DNA from: Bryobacterales bacterium
Lineage (GTDB): Bacteria > Acidobacteriota > Terriglobia > Bryobacterales > UBA6623
Length of the DNA stretch: 64,000 nt
Assembly: GCA_963422375.2 (NCBI GenBank)
Contig: CAXXKD010000001.1
Span: 64,001-128,000 of the forward strand
Direction: 5' to 3'
The position numbers were made by a program, and so were the translations under genes. Shown here piece after piece: positions 27,372 to 37,169 of this stretch. Positions within the stretch are counted from its first letter, which is position 1, and every line of letters begins with the position of its first letter. Under the pieces are notes generated by a model. That model made no database searches. It saw nothing but the letters and a program-made list of their open reading frames with translations, and had not been told where the DNA came from.

Positions 27372-28328
27372 TCAGGCGGGGCACGGGAGGTCCTGCGGCG
27401 GCAGCGACTGCTGCTTCCGGCGCTTCGGCGGCACCCGGCGCGCGGACAGCCGCTTCCCGAGCGCCTCCGAGAGGTAGAGCGACTCCACGGTCAGGGAGTC
27501 CCCGCCCTGCAGGGTGGACTGGGCCGACCGGCCAGCCGCGATCTCGATTCGCTCCAAGCCTAGGGAACTCGGCAGCGGTTCGCCGTGGGATTTCTCCCCC
27601 GTTCGCCCGTCGTAACTCACCAGGTACGGAATCTTGCGCTGGTTCAGGTCCTCGAGCTCTCGGACGAATTCCTCGAAGCGAATCGCCGCATAGTACCGGC
27701 GCTCGCCGTGCCCGCATACTCCTTGGTAGGGCGGATCCATGTAGACGACGTCGTCTGCTCGAGTTCTGTCGAGCACGACGCGGTAGTCCAGCGAGGTGAA
27801 TTCCGATCTCCCGCGGAGCAGGCACGAGACTGCCATGATGCCAGCCCTCATCCTTGCCGGCTTCGTTCCCGGGCGTCGCTTGTCCGGGCTCTGGTTGAAC
27901 TCCCCGTCGATGTTGTATCGCACCGAGCCCTTGACGCACCGTGCCAGCAGGTAGAGCAGCAGCCGGGGGTCGCCCGTGCAGTTGAATTCGTCGCGGACTG
28001 CGCCGTAGTGCCGCACGTGATCGGAATCGAGGGCGCGCCACAGCGCCTCGTAGGATCGCGCGGTCGCTTCCGGCCGGTTCACGATCTGCGAGAGCAGGTC
28101 GGATAGCGGGCCGTTCAGGTCGTTCAGCCAGAACGCGCTGCATCGTGCGGCGGCGGCGCAGGCGAGCGAAACCGCTGCCGAGCCGGCGAAGGGCTCGACC
28201 AGCCGATTGAAACTGCCCGGGAGGTAGCCGAGGATGAGCGGTGCCAGGCTCCGCTTGCTGCCTTGGTACTGAAACGGCTGGGGTGCCGCCGTCCTCGCGC
28301 CCGAAGCCAGTGCCGGACCTGCCCGCAT
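27372..28328 (-). CDS. Dam-like (D12 class) DNA adenine methyltransferase, no adjacent endonuclease
   Basis: YQGSKR, EPFAGSAA (motif I), VYMDPPY (motif IV); alpha-type motif order. Confidence 0.9.
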   Translation of the reverse strand: MRAGPALASGARTAAPQPFQYQGSKRSLAPLILGYLPGSFNRLVEPFAGSAAVSLACAAAARCSAFWLNDLNGPLSDLLSQIVNRPEATARSYEALWRALDSDHVRHYGAVRDEFNCTGDPRLLLYLLARCVKGSVRYNIDGEFNQSPDKRRPGTKPARMRAGIMAVSCLLRGRSEFTSLDYRVVLDRTRADDVVYMDPPYQGVCGHGERRYYAAIRFEEFVRELEDLNQRKIPYLVSYDGRTGEKSHGEPLPSSLGLERIEIAAGRSAQSTLQGGDSLTVESLYLSEALGKRLSARRVPPKRRKQQSLPPQDLPCPA

Positions 28329-28458
28329 TCCGCCGCGGCCGGGAAGAGCGGCCGTGCTCGAAACAATTCTAGACGCAACTGTCGCCGCCGCGGGCCCGAC
28401 CCGGCGAGAGGGACGCCGGGCCGGGGGATCGGGCCGCCCGTCCGGTCACCGCGTACGG

Positions 28459-30417
28459 CTAGAGCAGGACCTCGCCCTGCATGCCGAACGGCCTCTGAAG
28501 GCCGAAGAATTGCAGGATCGTCGAGGGCAGGTCCTTGATGTTCGGAGCACGGCTCCGGATCGGGCGGCTGCTGAACAGGCAGCCCGGCACCAGGTCCCGG
28601 GCCATCGAGTGGTCGCCGGCCCATGCCCACGGATTGATGTCGAGAATCGTCCCGCCGCTGCCGCCCAGGACCGATTCCGCCGACGAGCGGTACCCGGGCG
28701 TGTAGCCCACCAGCAGTTCGGGCATGTCGGGGGTGAACTCCCCGGAGTACAGCTCGGCGCGGCGGTACAAGCGATGCACCGGCCGCTCGCCCGTTTCCGG
28801 GTCGCGGATCGCCGCCAGCTCGCCTGCGACGCGCTCCGACACCCGCGCCGCCTCGTCATCGCTGAGGATTCCTTGGCCCTCGCGCCCGGCGCGGTTCATG
28901 TAGAGGCCGTTGAACCCGATCGCGTACGCGGCGGACTTGGACCAGTCGATGTCGGACAGCGCCGCCTTCGGCTTGCCGCGCGCCTCTTCCTTCACGACCA
29001 GGTAGCCCTCCCGGCGCAGCCAGGAATTGAGATGGAACTGCCTGCCGAACGGGGCGAAGCCGTGGTCCGAGCAGACCAGGACCAGCGTGTCGTCGTCCGC
29101 GGCGGGAAGCACCCGGCCGACCAGGCCGTCCATCCGCTCGTACAGGTGGTGGATGAAGCCCGAGAACCGGACGTCGCTGGCGCCGTGCATCGGGTGGCTC
29201 TCGTCCATGTTGCGCCACAGCATGTGCGTGTCTTGGTCCGTGCTCGAGACGTAGAAGAAGAAGAAGCCTTCCCTGAACCGCTCCCATTCGTACTCGAACA
29301 GCCTCAGGCGGTCTTCCAGGATCAACTCCGCCTGCTTGACGTACGCCTCGTCGTCTAGAACGCGGTAATCCAGCGCCTTGGTGTCGGACGGGAGGCCCTT
29401 GGTCCAGAACGGGCCGATCTGACTGGCGATCTCACCGCCCACCTCCTCCGGGTACGACACCGGCGCTGCCTGCGCCGACGGGTTGATGTTGATCGGCGTC
29501 ACGTAGAGCTGCAAGTGCGGGTGGGCCTGCTTTAGATAGAAGCGGCAGATGCCCGAGATCCCCACCAGCCAGCCCGCTAGGTCGAATCGCACCTCGACCC
29601 AGTCGCTGTACTCGCCTTGCTGCAGCAGGATGCGTCGGCCTTGGATCTCGACCAGCACGGCCTCGTTGTGCCGGTCCACGTCCACGGCGAAGCGGACGCT
29701 CGTCTCCGCGCCGTCCTTGCGGAGCGAGTTTCGCGGCCCCCGCAGCTCGGTTTCGACGCGGCCCGACGCGGCGACGCGATGGACCAGCCCTCCGGTCAGG
29801 CCGGGATAATCCTCGCCCGGATCGGAGGTGTAGTAGTTGAACCGACCGAAGGAGTCCGTCAGATCCGGCGTCCCCATCCCGCCCAGCGCGCGGGTCGCGG
29901 TGTCATCGACCGGAAAGTTCGTGGGAATCTTGATCACTGTGGACGGGATGCCCGCGTCCGCGAGGTAGGTCCAGAACGGCACGCCCACCCGTCGGTTGAC
30001 CGTGCCCGGTCCGCCCAGCGCGAGTTCGTAGTCCCCGAGAGGGATCGTGCGCGCGGGCGGATGCGCGTCCCAGATCGAGAACCGCGGCTGGTAGGTGCGG
30101 GGGTCGCGCATCGTGAAGTCCGCGATCGTGTGGCTGCCCGGGTCCGTGCCGGTGATGAAGGTGCTCCACGCGACCGGGCTCAGCGCCGGCATCGTCGTGC
30201 CGAGCGGCCGGAACGAGCCCCGCTCCGCCAGCTGGCGGAAATGCGGCGCGCGCCCTGCGTCCATGAGCGCTCCGACGATGCGCGGGTCCAGGCCGTCCAA
30301 TCCCAGCACGACGACCTTGCGTCGGCCCCCAGCCGCGCGACGGGCCCGGCCGCATCCCGACGTGAGGCCGCAGGCGCCGCCTGCCAGCGCGCCTCCGAAG
30401 CTGCGGCGGGTGATCAT
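28459..30417 (-). CDS. Alkaline phosphatase superfamily (nucleotide pyrophosphatase/phosphodiesterase) protein, Tat signal
   Basis: TRRSF; VVVLGLDGLD; TMPALSPVAWSTF; DQDTH; SDHGF; WAGDH. Confidence 0.85.
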   Translation of the reverse strand: MITRRSFGGALAGGACGLTSGCGRARRAAGGRRKVVVLGLDGLDPRIVGALMDAGRAPHFRQLAERGSFRPLGTTMPALSPVAWSTFITGTDPGSHTIADFTMRDPRTYQPRFSIWDAHPPARTIPLGDYELALGGPGTVNRRVGVPFWTYLADAGIPSTVIKIPTNFPVDDTATRALGGMGTPDLTDSFGRFNYYTSDPGEDYPGLTGGLVHRVAASGRVETELRGPRNSLRKDGAETSVRFAVDVDRHNEAVLVEIQGRRILLQQGEYSDWVEVRFDLAGWLVGISGICRFYLKQAHPHLQLYVTPININPSAQAAPVSYPEEVGGEIASQIGPFWTKGLPSDTKALDYRVLDDEAYVKQAELILEDRLRLFEYEWERFREGFFFFYVSSTDQDTHMLWRNMDESHPMHGASDVRFSGFIHHLYERMDGLVGRVLPAADDDTLVLVCSDHGFAPFGRQFHLNSWLRREGYLVVKEEARGKPKAALSDIDWSKSAAYAIGFNGLYMNRAGREGQGILSDDEAARVSERVAGELAAIRDPETGERPVHRLYRRAELYSGEFTPDMPELLVGYTPGYRSSAESVLGGSGGTILDINPWAWAGDHSMARDLVPGCLFSSRPIRSRAPNIKDLPSTILQFFGLQRPFGMQGEVLL

Positions 30418-30439
30418 CGTCGGTCGGTGGCGGGCCGGG

Positions 30440-31846
30440 CTAGAGGCCCTCCAGGCGCAGGAACTCGCGGGCGTTGCCGAAGCAGAGCCTCTCGACCAGC
30501 CCGCCGACTAGGCCCTCGTCGTCCGGGATTTCGCCGTTCGCCATGTCGCGGCCGAGCAGGTTGCACAGGACGCGCCGGAAGTACTCGTGGCGCGGATACG
30601 ACATGAAGGACCTCGAGTCGGTTAGCATCCCCACGAACTTGGAAAGCAGCCCGACGTTGGACAGGCAGTTCAGCTGCCATTCCATGGCTTCTTTCTGGTC
30701 GAGGTACCACCAGCCCGACCCGAACTGCATCTTGCCCGCGATGACGCCGTCCTGAAAGTTGCCGAGCATCGAGGCGAAGGTGTAGTTGTCGTTCGGGTTG
30801 TTGTTGTAGAGAATCATGCGCGGGAGGGCATTCTCCCGGTCCAGGCGATCTAGATACCGTCCGAGCGAATCGACCTGCGGCCAGTCGCCGATGGAGTCGA
30901 AACCGGTGTCCGGCCCGGCCGCGCGGAACCCGCGCGTCCGGTTGTTGCGGCGCGCGCCCAAGTGCAGCTGCTTGGTCCAGCCCCTGGCCGCGTCGAGACG
31001 GCCGAAGTGGAGCATCATGAAGGCTGCGAACTGCGTGCGCTCGGTTCCGGAAACCGCCTTCCCGGCCCGTGCGGCGTCGAACACAGCCGCGGCGCTGGAC
31101 TCGGCCGGGAAGTCGCCGTAGGCGTGGTCCAGGCCGTGGTCCGAGAGTCGGCAGCCCATCGAGTGGAAGAAGTCGTGCCGCTGCGTCAGGGCGTCGAGGA
31201 AGTCGCGCAGCGAGCGGACCTCGCGATCCGCGGCCGCTGCGAGAGCCGCGATCCACGCGTTGAATTGCTCCGGCCGATCCACCGCGAGGGCCTTGTCCGG
31301 GCGGAACGCCGGATAGACCTTCGTCGCGAGTCCGGACTCGGCCAGCTGCCGGTGATGGACGAGATCGTCGGTGGGGTCGTCCGTGGTGCAAACCGCCCGG
31401 ACGTCGAACCTCCGCAGGATGCCGAACACCCGGAAGTCGCTCGTAGCAAGCCCCTCGTTCGCCAGGTCCCATACCCGCTTCGCATTAGAGCCGTCGAGCA
31501 GTTCGTCGAAGCCGAAGTATCGTTTCAACTCCAAGTGAGTCCAGTGGTACAGCGGGTTGCGGAGCGTCTCCGGGACGGTCCGCGCCCATGCGAGGAACTT
31601 CTCGTACGGGTCCGCGTCACCCGTGCAGAAGGCTTCCCCGACGCCGTTGGCTCGCATGGCGCGCCACTTGTAGTGGTCTCCTTCGAGCCAGATCTCGAAT
31701 AGGTTCCGGAACCGGCGGTTCGACGCCACGTCCGCCGGAGGCAGGTGGCAGTGGTAGTCGATAATCGGCCGCCCCTCGGCGTAGGTGTGGTAGAGCCTCT
31801 TGGCGTGCTCAGTGGTAAGGAGGAAGTCCTCGTGAATAAACGACAT
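30440..31846 (-). CDS. uxaC: Glucuronate (uronate) isomerase
   Basis: MSFIHEDFLL, IIDYHCHL, GDHYKWRAMRANG, FVGMLTDSRSFMSYPRHEYFRR. Confidence 0.96.
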   Translation of the reverse strand: MSFIHEDFLLTTEHAKRLYHTYAEGRPIIDYHCHLPPADVASNRRFRNLFEIWLEGDHYKWRAMRANGVGEAFCTGDADPYEKFLAWARTVPETLRNPLYHWTHLELKRYFGFDELLDGSNAKRVWDLANEGLATSDFRVFGILRRFDVRAVCTTDDPTDDLVHHRQLAESGLATKVYPAFRPDKALAVDRPEQFNAWIAALAAAADREVRSLRDFLDALTQRHDFFHSMGCRLSDHGLDHAYGDFPAESSAAAVFDAARAGKAVSGTERTQFAAFMMLHFGRLDAARGWTKQLHLGARRNNRTRGFRAAGPDTGFDSIGDWPQVDSLGRYLDRLDRENALPRMILYNNNPNDNYTFASMLGNFQDGVIAGKMQFGSGWWYLDQKEAMEWQLNCLSNVGLLSKFVGMLTDSRSFMSYPRHEYFRRVLCNLLGRDMANGEIPDDEGLVGGLVERLCFGNAREFLRLEGL

Positions 31847-32194
31847 CCCGTCGCGCTCGACTACCTCCCATGATAGCCGTCCCTCCCGGCTGGTCGGCAT
31901 TGCGCTCCGGGCAGTCGTCGGGGTCGGCGGGTCCGCGCCGCTTGCGAGGGAGGCGGGCATCGGCACCACGATTCGGGCTTGGACGTCCCCGGCAACGCTG
32001 GTCCCGATTCGCGCGCCCGGCAGGGCCTGTACGGTCCTAGGCCGGGCCCTCGTCCGCAGTCACCGCCCGCCACCCCGGTTCGCAGTGTCCGACGGCCGGT
32101 CAGTGGCGCCCTATCCCGAAGGTCGACTCATGCGCCCCGCGGAGGGGAAGACGGTCTCGACAGCCCGCGACGGCCTGCCGCTCCGGGCTACCCG

Positions 32195-32578
32195 TCAGTC
32201 TTCCCGGATGAGGTGGGATGGCCAGAGCGCCAGCAGCGTGAACAGGCCTGCGCAGATTCCGAGGCCCGCTGTCCACGAGAATCCCCAGATCGAGAGCGGC
32301 AGCAGGGCGTCGAGGGCGCCGGAAGCGTCCTCGCGCCAGAACACCAGCAGCGCGGCGACGGTGGCCGGCACTAGGATCTGGGGCCACGACTCCAGCAGCG
32401 CCACGGCGGACCGCCTCCGGTTGCGCTCCTCCACCTCCGCGAGCAGGCGAATCAACGCCGCCCCGGGCACGCGACTGCACTGGACCTCGATCTCCCGGGC
32501 GAATTCGGCACGAAGCATGTCGGCTACTGCCTCGTCAGGCAGTTTCCCGCGCTGCGGGTCGGTACGGGGGGCGGTCAT
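32195..32578 (-). CDS. Small two-TM protein, putative anti-sigma factor
   Basis: Overlaps the sigma factor stop; soluble N-terminus followed by two hydrophobic segments. Confidence 0.6.
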   Translation of the reverse strand: MTAPRTDPQRGKLPDEAVADMLRAEFAREIEVQCSRVPGAALIRLLAEVEERNRRRSAVALLESWPQILVPATVAALLVFWREDASGALDALLPLSIWGFSWTAGLGICAGLFTLLALWPSHLIRED

Positions 32579-33102
32579 GCACGCACCTCTTCGGAGTCAG
32601 GGCCGCGCTCCGCGATGCTGCGCGCCAGCTTCTTGCGGACTCGGAACGCGAGCACTCTCACGCTGCCCCGGCTCAGGTTCATGATCTTAGCGACTTCCTT
32701 GTGGGAGAAGCCTTCTGCGTACAGCAGCCAGAGCAGCTGGCGCTCGCGACGCGACAGCTCTCGGAGCGCCTCGCGCAACGCCAGGCTCTCGGCGAGGGTC
32801 GAGGTCGGATCCCGCGTTTTCGGTGGCGGCGCCTCGACTGTCTGGAGCCGCCGTCGGCGCTGCAGTTCCCGCCCGTGGTCTGCGATGACGCTCGACGCGA
32901 TCCGGTAGAGATACGCTCGCGCTTCGGGTGCGTCCGGCTGGCTCGCCATCCGGCTCCGGAGAAACCTGATGTACGTCGACTGAAAGAGGTCGTCGGCGGC
33001 GTCCCGGTCGCTGCAGTGCCCGAGGATGTAGGCCCGGATCGCGGGTGCCGTGGCCCCGTAGAAGCGGTCGAAAGCGTCCTCGCCGGAGGCAGGCCGCCCC
33101 AT
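32575..33102 (-). CDS. ECF RNA polymerase sigma factor
   Basis: Region 2 ADDLFQSTY...YLYRIA; region 4 LSRRERQLLWLLYAEGFSHKEVAKIMNLSRGSVR. Confidence 0.92.
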   Translation of the reverse strand: MGRPASGEDAFDRFYGATAPAIRAYILGHCSDRDAADDLFQSTYIRFLRSRMASQPDAPEARAYLYRIASSVIADHGRELQRRRRLQTVEAPPPKTRDPTSTLAESLALREALRELSRRERQLLWLLYAEGFSHKEVAKIMNLSRGSVRVLAFRVRKKLARSIAERGPDSEEVRA

Positions 33103-33129
33103 GAGTCGCGGTCCCTTCCTTGCCGGGCG

Positions 33130-33600
33130 CTAGGGCCCGTCCGAGGTCCGCTGATCGTCCGGGCGGTCGGAACCACCGGTCCTCTCCGCGTCTTCTCTCT
33201 CGCGTTTCTCGACTCGCCATGCGAGCAGCGTGGCAACCAGCAGCCCCGCCCCGACCGCTCCGATGGTGATCCCCGGGATGATCAGGTCCCTGTCTTCCAC
33301 GGCCGCCAGGATCAGGAACCCGAGTCCGATGAACGTGAGGACGAACGCCGGCACGGCCAGTCCGAGCCAGGTCTGTCTCGGTTTCCTGCCGCCCTCCAGC
33401 GCCAGGGCGTCGGCCAGCGTTGCGCCCGCTGGTCCCTGCAACGCCTGCGCGAAGTCCTCGCCGGACGAGAACTTGTCGATCAGCTGTCGGAGTATCTCCG
33501 CTTGGCGCTCCTTCTCTTGGCGACGCCCGACGGTCTTGAACCAGACGATCAGGACCACCATGGCCATGACGCCTAGCGGAACGAGAATTTCGACATGCAT
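33130..33600 (-). CDS. Three-TM membrane protein (DUF6249-like), first gene of the ECF operon
   Basis: AGGGAG SD; N-terminal TM, basic linker, two C-terminal TMs. Confidence 0.7.
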   Translation of the reverse strand: MHVEILVPLGVMAMVVLIVWFKTVGRRQEKERQAEILRQLIDKFSSGEDFAQALQGPAGATLADALALEGGRKPRQTWLGLAVPAFVLTFIGLGFLILAAVEDRDLIIPGITIGAVGAGLLVATLLAWRVEKREREDAERTGGSDRPDDQRTSDGP

Positions 33601-33663
33601 AGGTCTTCTCCCTTTGCGCGCCGCTTGCCGACGCTTCCGTCGCGATGAGCAATCTATCGGAAA

Positions 33664-33690
33664 TAACGTCCGCCCGCGGATCCCGGTTAA
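33664..33690 (-). promoter_or_regulatory. Putative ECF-type promoter (TTAACC-N16-CGTTA)
   Basis: AAC -35 and CGT -10 pattern typical of ECF promoters, about 65-90 bp upstream of the ECF operon. Confidence 0.5.
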
Positions 33691-33768
33691 CCGGCGGCTG
33701 CCGCCGGCGGGGTGCTGTCGGGCGTTCCGCGGGCGACTCCCGGCTGGGTGCCGCTTGCCGGGCGAGGC

Positions 33769-34905
33769 CTAGCAGCCGGCGACCGTGGTCTCGACCAGCG
33801 CGTCAACCACCTGCCTGAGCGCGTCCCTGACCGAAGCGCCGCGCTCCAGCGCGCGCTCGTACGTCGCGATCTGGGAGTGCGCGCTGGTGCCGCGGGCCAC
33901 GATGTCCCGGGCGTGGCGGATGTCGTCCCAGCAGTCGAAGAACTCCGCGTCCGTGCGGAGCAGCTCCAGCAGCTCGTCGACGAGGTCGGCGCAGGGAACG
34001 ATCTTGCCGCGCCCGAAGTCGACCAAGCCCTCGTCCAGCCCGTAGCGCTGCGCGCGCCAGCGGTTCTCGTCCACGAGCATCCGCACGTAGACGCGCCAAC
34101 GCTGGTTGTCCCGGCGCAGGCGGTACAGCATGCGGCACAGGCAGCGGAACAGGGAGGCGCAGCAGATGGCGTCCTCGACCCGCGTGCAGACGTCCGTGAT
34201 GCGCATCTCCAAGGTGGGAAAGCGGGCGCTCGGGCGCGCGTCCCACCACAGCTTGGTGCTGTCCTCGAGCACGCCCGCCTCGATCATCAGGTCCACGGCC
34301 CGCCGGAACTCGCCGTAGCTGTCGAAGCGCTCGGGCAGGCCCGTGCGCGGCAGCTCGTCGAACACGCACAGCCGGTACGACTTGAGCCCGGTCTTGGTGC
34401 CGGCCCAGAAGGGCGAGGAGGTGCTCAGCGCCAGCAGGTGGGGCAGGAAGTACGTCACCTGATTCAGGATGTCGATGCGGAGGTTGTCGTCCTCGATCCC
34501 GACATGCACGTGCATGCCCCCGATCAGCAGCCGGTTCGCCACTACCTGCATGTCGCGGTGCAGCACTTCGTAGCGCTCCTTCGGGGTGTGCTTCTGCTCC
34601 TTCCATTCCGCGAAGGGATGGGTCGAGGACGCGATCGGCGCCAGCCCGTGCTTGGCTGCGATCTCGGCCACGGTCCGGCGCAGGTGCCGCAGGTCCGCTC
34701 CCGCCTCGGCCGTCGACCTGCTGATCGAGGTGCCGACCTCGACCTGGGGACGCAGGAATTCCCGGCTGAAGTGCCCCGCTAGGCGGGACTCGTACTCTTC
34801 CATGAGGGCGGGCGGCGGCTCGCCCACCAAGTTCCGCGACTCGAGGTCGACTAGGAGGTACTCTTCCTCGATGCCCACGGTGAAGCTCGGCTCTGCGAGC
34901 GGCAT
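33769..34905 (-). CDS. Carboxylate-amine ligase (YbdK/GCS2 family)
   Basis: FTVGIEEEYLLVD, GMHVHVG, LLALSTSSPFW, WWDARPS...TLEMRITD, ENRWRAQRYG. Confidence 0.93.
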   Translation of the reverse strand: MPLAEPSFTVGIEEEYLLVDLESRNLVGEPPPALMEEYESRLAGHFSREFLRPQVEVGTSISRSTAEAGADLRHLRRTVAEIAAKHGLAPIASSTHPFAEWKEQKHTPKERYEVLHRDMQVVANRLLIGGMHVHVGIEDDNLRIDILNQVTYFLPHLLALSTSSPFWAGTKTGLKSYRLCVFDELPRTGLPERFDSYGEFRRAVDLMIEAGVLEDSTKLWWDARPSARFPTLEMRITDVCTRVEDAICCASLFRCLCRMLYRLRRDNQRWRVYVRMLVDENRWRAQRYGLDEGLVDFGRGKIVPCADLVDELLELLRTDAEFFDCWDDIRHARDIVARGTSAHSQIATYERALERGASVRDALRQVVDALVETTVAGC

Positions 34906-35792
34906 CAGCGCGCTCCCAAAGCGGGCGTCGCGGCCGCTAGGGCGGTTTCGAGGGCGTCACCGAGCAGCCCGGCAAGCCTCGCGACCCCCTGCTCGTCGCG
35001 GATCAGATCCTCCCTGATTTCGACGAGCGCGCTCGGCAGGCCTGCCGTGGTGGCGTGGTGCTCCTGCGAGAAGTCGAAATGGTCGCGGGCCGAGTACGGC
35101 TCGTTGTCCCCCACGGAGATGCCGGGGTTGGCCCTAAGCGCCTTGATCAGCGGCACTGCGATCCGAGGGTCCCGGTCCCAGAGCACGCCGAAATGCCATG
35201 GCCGAGGCGGGCCTCCGTCAAGCTGGCTCGTGAAGCTGTGGATGGCTACGTAGACCGGCTCCGGGCCGCGCTGCCGGGCGCACTCCAGCTCCCGCGAAAT
35301 CGCTCGGTGGTAGGGCACGAACAGCGTCGCGGCGCGCCGCGACGCCTCCTTGGGGCCGATGCCGGCGTTGCCTGGAATCCTGACGCCGTCGCTGGACTCG
35401 ACGATGGACGCGGGGGACCCCAGCCGCCGGTTGCAGTCGATCACCAAGCGGGAGTACCCGGACAGGACGGCCGGGGCGTCCAGCCGCCTCGCCAGCCGGA
35501 TGGCGACGTTCGCGGCCCCGATGTCCCAGCCAATGTGGCGGCGGAGATCCCGCGCGTCGACCCCGAGAGTGCCTAGGCTCCTCGGCACGGAGTGCGAGGC
35601 GTGGTCGCAGGTCAGCACCACGGGGGATCGACCGGTCGGGTTCTCGATGCGGAAGGCGGGCCGCTCGTCCTCGGCGAGGAGCGACGGGAGCGACCGCGAC
35701 CGCCAGTCAATGCCCGCGGGAATCCAAGACCTGTCTCTGCGCGCCACCGGGCCCGCGGCGGCAGGCATTCTCGGCCGGCGGTCGGTCTGCAT
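34905..35792 (-). CDS. N-formylglutamate amidohydrolase family protein
   Basis: LTCDHAS, HIGWDIGA, YSRLVIDCNR, PYH, IHSFT, GDNEPYS, VEIREDLI. Confidence 0.92.
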   Translation of the reverse strand: MQTDRRPRMPAAAGPVARRDRSWIPAGIDWRSRSLPSLLAEDERPAFRIENPTGRSPVVLTCDHASHSVPRSLGTLGVDARDLRRHIGWDIGAANVAIRLARRLDAPAVLSGYSRLVIDCNRRLGSPASIVESSDGVRIPGNAGIGPKEASRRAATLFVPYHRAISRELECARQRGPEPVYVAIHSFTSQLDGGPPRPWHFGVLWDRDPRIAVPLIKALRANPGISVGDNEPYSARDHFDFSQEHHATTAGLPSALVEIREDLIRDEQGVARLAGLLGDALETALAAATPALGAR

Positions 35793-35817
35793 GACGCGCT
35801 TCCCGCGACGGCGTCGA

Positions 35818-37068
35818 TCAGTGCGCCAGGAACAGCGGCGCGATGTGCCGGACGAACAGATTCTCGGTCACGTTCCTCGAGATCGACTCCTCGCACTCGC
35901 GCAGCATGCCGAGGTAGCGGTCCCCCATCCTGGCCGCGATCTTGTATCCGACGTGCAGGAGCTGGCGAAAGTGCGGGTTGAAGGCCGGGCACGCTTGGTC
36001 GTGCCGGAGGGCCGCCGTGTACTCGACGGCGCCCCACCCCGCGACCTCCGCCGGCTCGGGCAGCCGCCTCGCGTCTATGTCGATCACGGCCGCGTAGGGA
36101 GCGCACAGCGCGTCCCGGGCCGCGTGCGCCTCCGCGTAGACCTGCTTGGCCAAGGCCAGCCCGGCGCCGCCGGCTTCGGCGAGGCCGATGAGCTCCTCGA
36201 GCCAGTTCGTGCCGGCGGTCTTGACGTGGACTCCGGCCCCGAACCTGCGTGTTCCGTCGCGGATCGCGCCGTAGATGGAGAACTTGTCGGACCCCGAGTG
36301 GACGCTCAGCTTCAGCTCCTCGGGCAGCCCGTAAGCCTGGACCGCGTGGCGCAGGACGGCGACGTCGTCGGAAAACTCCCTGGCGAACTGGTCCCGGTCC
36401 CCGACGTAGTCCACGCCTTTGTTGAACCGGCCCGTGAACTTGGGCGCGATCGTCTGGATCGGGATGCCCTCGTCGGCGATGGCCGCTAGGATGACGAGCA
36501 GTTCTGCGGGCGTCTGCGGCTTCTCTGTTTCGTCCATCGAGACTTCGGTGACGAAGTTGCCCCGGCCCTTGGCGGACTCGATGTGCCGGTAGATCCGGCC
36601 TGCCTCCTGGACCGCGAACAGGAATTGCGCCGCGCAGCGCTGCACGCTCTCGCGGGTACTCTCGAAGGGCTCCACGATGCCGCTGACGGACAGCGTGCCG
36701 ACCAGCTCGGGATGGGAGCGGATCAGAGCGTGGATGGCGGCAGGCTCCGCCGGGCGCCCGATCGCGTAGGCCACGTCGAGGGTGAAGAAGTCGCTGGTGT
36801 CGATATAGCCGTCTACTGTGTCGAGGTTGATGTGGTCGGCATCGACGTAGTGAGGCCGCGACCAGCCGAGCTCGCGGACTGCCTCGTCAGCGGCGAGGCG
36901 CGCGCCGGCGGGCTCGGTGCCCACCGTAGTGTGCTCCCGGTGCGATTTGTTCCATACGGGGATCACCTCGGCGCCCCGCTCGGCCGCCATCATGCAGGCC
37001 CGCAGCTGGGGTCTCGCCTGATGGGCGAACCGGTCGCCCACCCCGAACGTGAACTTCTCGATATTCAT
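35818..37068 (-). CDS. uxaE: Tagaturonate/fructuronate epimerase
   Basis: FGVGDRF, YVDADH, EVSMDET, APKFTGRFNKGVDY, KLSVHSGSDKFSIY, HVKTAGT. Confidence 0.9.
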   Translation of the reverse strand: MNIEKFTFGVGDRFAHQARPQLRACMMAAERGAEVIPVWNKSHREHTTVGTEPAGARLAADEAVRELGWSRPHYVDADHINLDTVDGYIDTSDFFTLDVAYAIGRPAEPAAIHALIRSHPELVGTLSVSGIVEPFESTRESVQRCAAQFLFAVQEAGRIYRHIESAKGRGNFVTEVSMDETEKPQTPAELLVILAAIADEGIPIQTIAPKFTGRFNKGVDYVGDRDQFAREFSDDVAVLRHAVQAYGLPEELKLSVHSGSDKFSIYGAIRDGTRRFGAGVHVKTAGTNWLEELIGLAEAGGAGLALAKQVYAEAHAARDALCAPYAAVIDIDARRLPEPAEVAGWGAVEYTAALRHDQACPAFNPHFRQLLHVGYKIAARMGDRYLGMLRECEESISRNVTENLFVRHIAPLFLAH

Positions 37069-37169
37069 GCGACGGCTTCGCCCGGGACGCGAGCGGCCGC
37101 CTCGCCCCGCCAACTCATGGTAGCGAAAGCGGCCCGGATCACGCGGTCGGCTGCCCGCGGAGCCTCGGA

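Noticed and set aside
13144..28328. Uma2 nuclease plus Dam-like MTase plus DUF4338 as one defence system
   Set aside because: They are kilobases apart, separated by unrelated genes, and the DUF4338 gene is a broken fragment.
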